A DNA stretch of 64,000 bases, taken from positions 6,821 through 70,820 of the forward strand of contig JAPYRK010000006.1 in NCBI GenBank assembly GCA_029941115.1. The letters run 5' to 3'. Both the position numbers and the translations under genes were made by a program. Below the pieces are notes generated by a model. That model had not been told where the DNA came from. It worked only from the letters and a program-made list of their open reading frames with translations, and made no database searches. Source of the DNA: Dehalococcoidia bacterium. Lineage in GTDB: Bacteria; Chloroflexota; Dehalococcoidia; UBA2979. Positions 57,553 through 64,000 of this stretch are shown piece by piece (position 1 is the stretch's first letter; each line of letters starts with the position of its first letter).

Positions 57553-57697
57553 AAGTATCCTCAGTTGGGATGTGACGTATTAAAATTCTCTCACGAACTT
57601 TAGATAATGAGAGAATTTACCTTTTATTTATAGTTCGATTTATATTACTCAGCAACCCAAAACCTTACGCTATCTCGGCGGATCGATAGATTTTATC

Positions 57698-58453
57698 TCA
57701 GTTACTTTGGTCAAGATTTGCGAGGAAGCTATTGATTAAGTCTGCACCGGCCTGAGGGTTGCTGCACATCCACCAATGTCCCTCATCGGTCAGAATTCCG
57801 ATTTCTGCGCCCGCCTGTTCTGCAGCTTTACGGGCCAAGAGCTCTCCACCGACAAATGGGTCGGCTGTTGCAATTATTGCTAGCCCAGGTCGTACACTCG
57901 CGTTTGTTAATGTTGGAAAAAGATCGCCTACTATTGGTTGAGCTGCGGATCTATAGAGGCTGAGAATTGCTTTAGCCATGTCGGCATTCACACCGTTTGC
58001 GACTTGACTCGCTATATCAGCGCTCATCCCTAAACTTTGATATCGAGTTGATGTATCTGCGGGATCTGTGGACAGCATTGCAGCTACTGCCTCTTCACCA
58101 ACCTCCGGAGTTTGCCATATTTGTGCCCGATCATGCCAGACGTACTCCGGTGTGAAGACTCCGAGAATATCACTTGCCCATGAGCGTATGAGGTCGGGTC
58201 TCTCGCATGCAAGTCGGACGACGTGACCGCCTCCCCAGTCATGGCCTAAGAGATCAACCGGAGAACTAAAATGCGATAATTCTGCGGCAAGCCACTCGAC
58301 GTAGGCGTCACTTGTTGCGTCAAAGTTATTTGGTAATGGTGAGCCGAAGCCGGGCGGTGAAAGTGTTTGAATGTCATCGGCGTCCAGAAGAGGAATGAGG
58401 TCGTTCCAGATTGCTGCGGTCTCTGGGTTGCCGTGTACTAGAACTAAAGTCAT
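57698..58453 (-). CDS. alpha/beta hydrolase fold protein
   Basis: LVLVHGNPETAAIW start and GHDWGG nucleophile elbow. Confidence 0.8.
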   Translation of the reverse strand: MTLVLVHGNPETAAIWNDLIPLLDADDIQTLSPPGFGSPLPNNFDATSDAYVEWLAAELSHFSSPVDLLGHDWGGGHVVRLACERPDLIRSWASDILGVFTPEYVWHDRAQIWQTPEVGEEAVAAMLSTDPADTSTRYQSLGMSADIASQVANGVNADMAKAILSLYRSAAQPIVGDLFPTLTNASVRPGLAIIATADPFVGGELLARKAAEQAGAEIGILTDEGHWWMCSNPQAGADLINSFLANLDQSN

Positions 58454-58539
58454 ATATTGCCATCCAATGTAATAAACTACGCAAATAAATGCTAACTAAT
58501 GCATTTACCACTTAATTGTATCGTCTAGGAGATTGCGTT

Positions 58540-58926
58540 ATGACTTTTGCGATAAACCATATTCATTTGAAATCAAATTCACCCCGCGAGTGTGCCGACT
58601 GGTGGGTTAAGGCGTTCAACTTTCGTATACTCGGAGACACTATTCGTGACAGCGGAGATCAGTTTATCGCGTGCGAAAGCGAGAATGGCATCATGGTTAA
58701 TATATCCGGGCCTCAGTCGACACAAACACTCACAACTGGTGACTACGGTGTAAAAGAAGGTCTTGAGCATTTTGGTTTGGATTCAGAGAATCTGGAATCA
58801 GACATCGACCGTTTGACCTTGCTTGGAGCAGAACTATTAGACGGACCAATCGAAATGGGTGCGATTAGGATTTGCTTCCTGAAGGCACCAGATAACGTTC
58901 GTATTGAGCTAATTCAGCGTGACTAG
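58540..58926 (+). CDS. VOC/glyoxalase family protein
   Basis: INHIHLKS start and a beta-alpha-beta-beta-beta module. An AGGAG RBS precedes the ATG at 58540; the upstream ATG has none. Confidence 0.7.
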   Translation: MTFAINHIHLKSNSPRECADWWVKAFNFRILGDTIRDSGDQFIACESENGIMVNISGPQSTQTLTTGDYGVKEGLEHFGLDSENLESDIDRLTLLGAELLDGPIEMGAIRICFLKAPDNVRIELIQRD

Positions 58927-60141
58927 CTAGTGCTCTGTGGTAAAAATACCATCCGCGGCCAGCTCCGTTATTTCAGTTTCGGAAAAACCGGCATCAATTA
59001 AAACTTCGTAATTATGTTCTCCGACTAGGGGTGCTCTTCTACGTGGTGCCAAGTCAGCATCCTGAATGCTAAACGGAGTTGAAATTATTCGATATTCTTT
59101 TCCTGTGACGTCTTCAAGAGTTGTAATTGCTTCCTGTTCCAAGATCACTGGATCGGTTGCAATTTCAGAGAGCGATGCAGCCGGTGCCCAGATACATTCA
59201 TTCTTGTCGAGGAGGGGCGCCCACTCGGATAGTGTTTTTGACTTGAACTCTGCCTGAAGTTCCGCAACTATTTCAGTACCGTGTTCGAGCATTCCTGCAT
59301 TTGTGGTAAATCTTGAATCTGTTGACCAGTCTGAGCGTCCAAGCACTGCACATAGACGGGGCCAATGTCGAGGCACGTTATGCATTGTGAGCATTAGCCA
59401 CCTTTTATCTTTTGTTTCGTACGCACTTCGTATTAACAGCCCGTGGGTTTGTCGATTGAATTGACTCGGGATGCTGTTAGGGAGATTCATTGCCAGTTGC
59501 ATATCGGTAGCAATCGTCCACAAACCAGTTCGAAGAAGAGACACTTCGGCTCTCTGTGGTAATCCAGTTTGTTCTTTGAGTCGTAGTGCGGCAAGCGTTG
59601 CAGCAAGTAGATTCACACCTGTCGGATGGTCTCCCTGTCCAGGACGACTCTGCACTGCGGGTGCGCCGACTTCACCCATAAGTCCCATAACGCCTGATCG
59701 TGCCCAAAAGGCGGTGCTGTCGAAGCCAGGACGTTCGGAGTCTGTGCCACTGCCACTATACCCAACTAAATGGCCGTACACCAAAGTCGGCTGAATTTGT
59801 TTTAAGGTTTCGAAGTCTAGTCGATATTTTTCAGCTCGTTTCGATGTGAGGTTAGTAATAAAAATGTCAGCGCTCGCGATTAGTCGATGTAACACATCTT
59901 GTGCCGCCGTTTTTGTGAGGTCCAATGCGAGAGATTGCTTGCCGCGATTATCGACCTCAAAGACATAGTTTACTGGCGCGGATACATGGAGGTGAGCTCG
60001 ATTTCCACGAAATGTGTCACCATCAGGAGGCTCTATCTTAATAACCGTTGCGCCCATATCTGCCATAAGTGCAGCGGCAGAAGGAGCAGCCAAAAAACTT
60101 GCAACTTCAATCACACGAATACCGTCTAAAGGGCCAACCAT
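58927..60141 (-). CDS. CoA-transferase family III (CaiB/BaiF)
   Basis: LDGIRVIEVASFLAAPSAAALMADMGATVIKIEPP N-terminus; 404 aa. Confidence 0.85.
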   Translation of the reverse strand: MVGPLDGIRVIEVASFLAAPSAAALMADMGATVIKIEPPDGDTFRGNRAHLHVSAPVNYVFEVDNRGKQSLALDLTKTAAQDVLHRLIASADIFITNLTSKRAEKYRLDFETLKQIQPTLVYGHLVGYSGSGTDSERPGFDSTAFWARSGVMGLMGEVGAPAVQSRPGQGDHPTGVNLLAATLAALRLKEQTGLPQRAEVSLLRTGLWTIATDMQLAMNLPNSIPSQFNRQTHGLLIRSAYETKDKRWLMLTMHNVPRHWPRLCAVLGRSDWSTDSRFTTNAGMLEHGTEIVAELQAEFKSKTLSEWAPLLDKNECIWAPAASLSEIATDPVILEQEAITTLEDVTGKEYRIISTPFSIQDADLAPRRRAPLVGEHNYEVLIDAGFSETEITELAADGIFTTEH

Positions 60142-60216
60142 ATTGCTCTTTGTACCATAGTCTTACTCTTGAGGGTAAGAATTTATTTGCGAGAAAGAAT
60201 TGCTAGAGGAATTATT

Positions 60217-61407
60217 ATGTCTGGACCACTGGATGGCATGCGCGTTCTCGAATTTACACAGCTGATAATGGGACCGCAGTGTTGTCAGTTACTGCGGGAT
60301 CTTGGTTGCGATGTGATCAAGATTGAACATCCGGACGCACCGGATTCTTCAAGACGAATTCCGGCGTCTGAGTCTGAATCTGCCCCACCGGTATACCATG
60401 CTAACAATCGTGGTAAGCGAAGCCTTACAGTCAACTTCGGCAATCCCGAAGGATTGGAACTAGTACAGGCTCTCATAGCTGAGAGTGACGTCTTGGTGAC
60501 GACGCTGCGACCACAAGCCCTAGATCGAGCAGGGCTGGGATATGAAGCCTGTCGCACCATTAATCCACGTTTGATATATGCAGTAGGTACTACCTACGGC
60601 CCGCAAGGTCCAGACAGTAATCGTCCGGGAAATGACCTAATGGCTCAAGCCGCAGGAGGTTTAGCCTGGAATACCGGAACACCGGAATCAGCTCAGGGGG
60701 CCGGTGCATTGGTGGCGGACACCATGGGCGGTATGACTTTGTTTGGGGCAATTGTTACGGCTCTTTATGCTCGTGAAAAGTCAGGTGTTGGTCAGATGGT
60801 CGAAACCTCTCTTCTGGGTGGGCAAATTTGGGCGCAATCTTCAGAGTTGATGGCGCACGTAATGGCCGGAAACCAACACGATCGATCTCAGCGTACATAT
60901 CCGTGGTTGAGTTCAATATCACCTATAAGTATTTATCAAGCCAAGGATGGTTACGTAGCGTTATCAGGCGTCCCTAAAAGATGGGAGAAGTTTTGGAATG
61001 CTTTGGGTCGAGCTGATCTTGCGGCTAATGAAGTATTGCAGGCGGGCCTGGAGAGATTACGTCAAAATGATTTGATAACTAAGGCAATTTCTGAGATTTT
61101 TGTGAATATGAGTGCGCGTGATATTCACATCATTTTGGAAGAAGTTGATGCGGTTTGGGCACCAGTCAATGATTATGATCACGTGGTCACTAACCCGCAG
61201 GTGCTGGAGAGCGGTTATTTACGCCAGGCGAGTCACCCTGAATACGGTGACATGGTAACTATGGGCACACCGGTGCGCTATAGTGACGGAATTGACGAGC
61301 CGGCTGATCGGGCACCCGAGCTCGGCGAGAATACTGAAGAAATCTTGCTAGAGATTGGCTATAGCTGGGAGCAGATTGAGCTCCTAAAGAAAGAAGGAGC
61401 TCTTTAG
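60217..61407 (+). CDS. CoA-transferase family III (CaiB/BaiF)
   Basis: MSGPLDGMRVLEF start with a GAGGA RBS. The track start at 60169 adds 16 aa with no RBS. Confidence 0.85.
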   Translation: MSGPLDGMRVLEFTQLIMGPQCCQLLRDLGCDVIKIEHPDAPDSSRRIPASESESAPPVYHANNRGKRSLTVNFGNPEGLELVQALIAESDVLVTTLRPQALDRAGLGYEACRTINPRLIYAVGTTYGPQGPDSNRPGNDLMAQAAGGLAWNTGTPESAQGAGALVADTMGGMTLFGAIVTALYAREKSGVGQMVETSLLGGQIWAQSSELMAHVMAGNQHDRSQRTYPWLSSISPISIYQAKDGYVALSGVPKRWEKFWNALGRADLAANEVLQAGLERLRQNDLITKAISEIFVNMSARDIHIILEEVDAVWAPVNDYDHVVTNPQVLESGYLRQASHPEYGDMVTMGTPVRYSDGIDEPADRAPELGENTEEILLEIGYSWEQIELLKKEGAL

Positions 61408-62393
61408 ATCGCCTGATCTGTATTTACGTGAGTTGGGACGTTTTCTTCCTCAAATATCATGTCTATTTCTTCACGAATTTCGGAAGTAAGTTCCCATTCA
61501 ACTGCTGCGACATTCTCCTTAAGTTCCCATTCGTTACGAACGCCAACTAGTCCAACCGACACAGCCGGATGGCCAAGTGTCCAGGCAATTGCCATCTGGG
61601 CGACTGATTTATTGTTCCGTTCCGCAATCGTTTTCAGACGTTCAACCACTCGCAGTTCTTTGGCGAATTCTTCGGTCTGAAATAGGGGTAACTTGAACGC
61701 TATTCCGCTGCTTCGCCAGTCATTTTCTCCAAAACTAGTGTCGGGAGTAAAAGCTCCAGACAGCAAACCAAAGCCAAGCGTGCCATAAGCCATGAATCCA
61801 ATGTTTTTGTCCAGACAGTGTGGCAGAACGGTAGATTCCATCCGACGATCGAACATGTGATAACCCACCTGATTTGCTGCCATGTGACCATATTGTTCGC
61901 ACTCATCCATCATCTCTGGGGTAAAGTTAGACACACCATAATGTCTAATTTTGCCGGTCTGTTTCAGTTGTTCAAGTGCTCGGATGGTTTCTTCAAACGG
62001 AGTGTTGTGATCAGGCCAATGTATGAGTAGAAGGTCTAAATAGTCTGTGTTTAAACGACTGAGGCAGCCTTCTGCTCTGTCGATAACATGCTGAAACTGA
62101 GAGTTACGTCCTAAATTCTTTCCGTTTTCGTCATACGCGAAGCCAACTTTGCTGACTAGTAAGATATCTTTTCGTTTATTTCCTAATGCTTTGGACAAAA
62201 GCTCCTCAGAATGATATGGACCGTACACTTCTGCTGTGTCGAAAAGAGTAATACCGTGGTCTATTGCAGCGTGCACGGCATCAGCCGCTTCGTTTACATC
62301 TATGTCACCATAGGTGGTGGTAGCCATTTCCCAAGTTCCAAAACCGATCGGTGAAGAAAAGAGATCGCTGTCACCGAGTTGTCGTTGCTCCAT
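61404..62393 (-). CDS. aldo/keto reductase
   Basis: FDTAEVYG, LVSKV and IHWPD motifs; 329 aa. Confidence 0.9.
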   Translation of the reverse strand: MEQRQLGDSDLFSSPIGFGTWEMATTTYGDIDVNEAADAVHAAIDHGITLFDTAEVYGPYHSEELLSKALGNKRKDILLVSKVGFAYDENGKNLGRNSQFQHVIDRAEGCLSRLNTDYLDLLLIHWPDHNTPFEETIRALEQLKQTGKIRHYGVSNFTPEMMDECEQYGHMAANQVGYHMFDRRMESTVLPHCLDKNIGFMAYGTLGFGLLSGAFTPDTSFGENDWRSSGIAFKLPLFQTEEFAKELRVVERLKTIAERNNKSVAQMAIAWTLGHPAVSVGLVGVRNEWELKENVAAVEWELTSEIREEIDMIFEEENVPTHVNTDQAI

Positions 62394-62596
62394 CGTTAGT
62401 CCTTAATGTTTGTACTCGTTTGATAATGGTTGGACTGTACCATATACACATTAGGCGGACTGATTAACTGAGCCTACTTCGGCATTACGCTTGATATGGC
62501 AGCACTTCAAAGTTGGGTTAACTTGCATAACTTCAACACGGTTTTACAATATAAGTCCGTATAAAAGTAGTGAAGAACGATTTATTAAGGAAACTC

Positions 62597-63787
62597 ATGG
62601 CTGAAGAGCATCAACGTCTTTTGGCAGGCCTTCGAATAATTGATGCTGGTCAAGTATTGGCCGGGCCATTTGTGTCTACGTTATTAGCAGATATGGGCGC
62701 AGAGGTTATTCGTGTAGAACTACCTGCACTCCGGCATGATACGGCGGCTCAGCAGAATTCAACGAGAGCTGGACTGCAGCGTAACAAAAAGTCAGTTTCT
62801 CTAGACTTGAGAAAACCTGAGGGCGCTGAATTGTTTAAGAAATTGGTCGCTAGTGCTGATGCTGTGGTTGAAAATTTCTCTCCAGGAACAATGGAGCGCT
62901 GGGGTATAGGGGAGGACGAGCTTGCAAAGGTGAATTCGCGACTAATTTTCGTACGAATTTCTGGGTTTGGTCAGACAGGCCCGTATCGTGACCGGACGTC
63001 TTATGACAGGATTGGTCAAGCGATAGGGGGGATGATTTATGTAACCGGTGAGGCAGATCAACCTCCAGTACATCCAGGATACATGATGGGTGATTTGGCT
63101 ACGGGCACATATGGCGCGCTTGCTATTTTAGGGGCCGTATATCATCGAGACCACGAAAATTGCCAGGAAACACAGATTGTTGATTTGTCATTATACGAAT
63201 CTATCCTGAGTTATTCAGGACCAATGGCGGCTGAATATAGTAGATCAGGCATTGTTCGGGAGCGAGCAGGTAACGTAAGATCCTGGTCTATTCCCGGGGA
63301 TCAATTTTTGACCAAGGATGGAAAGTGGGTGTTGATTCTCGCTCTTAATCCACAAATATTTCAAAGACTTTGCGATGCGATGAGTATCCCAGATTTACCA
63401 CAGGATCCAAAATTTTCGAATCACGCCAATCGATTTGCCAACGAAGTTGAACTCCATTCAATGATCCGAGAGTGGGTAAAAGATTTCGATTCAGTAGATT
63501 TATATAGTGTTCTAGATGAGTATCGAGTGCCGTATGGCCCGGTCTATAGTATTGCCGATATATTCGCCGACCCGCATATAGCTGCGCGGAAAAATTTGGT
63601 ACAGGTAGACGATCCATTTGTTGGTCCCGTAACTGTACCCGCGCCATATCCGAATCTGTCTCATGCCGAGGGGAGAATATATAATCCTGCTCCACGAATA
63701 GGTGAGCACAATGATGAGATTTACAAGGAACTTTTAGGTCTCACTGAAACTGAGATAGATGAGCTTACGGACGTAGGTGCTATTTAG
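62597..63787 (+). CDS. CoA-transferase family III (CaiB/BaiF)
   Basis: LAGLRIIDAGQVLAGPFVSTLLADMGAEVIRVE N-terminus. AAGGAA RBS before the ATG at 62597. Confidence 0.85.
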   Translation: MAEEHQRLLAGLRIIDAGQVLAGPFVSTLLADMGAEVIRVELPALRHDTAAQQNSTRAGLQRNKKSVSLDLRKPEGAELFKKLVASADAVVENFSPGTMERWGIGEDELAKVNSRLIFVRISGFGQTGPYRDRTSYDRIGQAIGGMIYVTGEADQPPVHPGYMMGDLATGTYGALAILGAVYHRDHENCQETQIVDLSLYESILSYSGPMAAEYSRSGIVRERAGNVRSWSIPGDQFLTKDGKWVLILALNPQIFQRLCDAMSIPDLPQDPKFSNHANRFANEVELHSMIREWVKDFDSVDLYSVLDEYRVPYGPVYSIADIFADPHIAARKNLVQVDDPFVGPVTVPAPYPNLSHAEGRIYNPAPRIGEHNDEIYKELLGLTETEIDELTDVGAI

Positions 63788-63841
63788 GTGTGAATTGAAG
63801 AACTATTATCTTGCTATAGTACAACTGCTAAAGGACACATT

Positions 63842-64000
63842 ATGACATCAATAGAAAATAAAGCTGACACAAGTCGGTCTCTGTATATCAGCTACATGGC
63901 TAAAACGACTGATCATTATTTGTCAGAGGGATTTAATAACCCTTATCAGTGGGCTCGTTTCGAGGATGTTCCTTTCACTCCGCTTAAGAAACCACTCGTA
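63842..64000 (+). CDS. hypothetical protein, 5' fragment (continues beyond window)
   Basis: AAAGGA RBS then ATG. The reading frame stays open to the window end (MTSIENKADTSRSLYISYMAKTTDHYLSEGFNNPYQWARFEDVPF...). Confidence 0.3.
   Translation, partial: MTSIENKADTSRSLYISYMAKTTDHYLSEGFNNPYQWARFEDVPFTPLKKPLV

Noticed and set aside
1-64000. CRISPR arrays, IS elements or transposases, and prophage genes
   Set aside because: No regularly spaced direct repeats and no transposase or integrase-like ORFs were recognised anywhere in the window.

Overview
This 64 kb window appears to be bacterial DNA at roughly 50% GC that is densely coding; the GC figure is judged by eye. It is dominated by paralogous catabolic enzyme families. 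There are seven family-III (CaiB/BaiF) CoA-transferases, four luciferase-like (LLM) flavin monooxygenases, three SDRs, two aldo/keto reductases, two enoyl-CoA hydratases, an EtfAB pair, a nitronate monooxygenase, and a single-chain BC-BCCP-CT acyl-CoA carboxylase. An F420H2-dependent (DUF385) reductase is also present. This paralogue profile is reminiscent of SAR202-type marine Chloroflexota, which is an inference from gene content only. Housekeeping anchors are groES-groEL with a textbook CIRCE operator, a class II B12-dependent ribonucleotide reductase (nrdJ), tRNA-Lys(UUU), pepP, yaaA and tag. The most notable observations are two genes in which an in-frame TGA sits exactly at the catalytic cysteine position. 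One is a thioredoxin-fold Prx-like gene with a UxxC motif. The other is a rhodanese with U in the CRxGxR loop. Each has a small hairpin 11-12 nt downstream, so both are selenoprotein candidates that the ORF track split or truncated. Other features of interest are a third TGA-interrupted muconolactone-isomerase-like ORF inside an AT-rich decayed region, and a duplicated ~58 bp promoter/leader module flanking an amidohydrolase gene. Several strong intergenic hairpins occur, including an orphan terminator, and two MFS genes lack a canonical start codon upstream of a conserved TM1. No CRISPR array, integrase or transposase was recognised.
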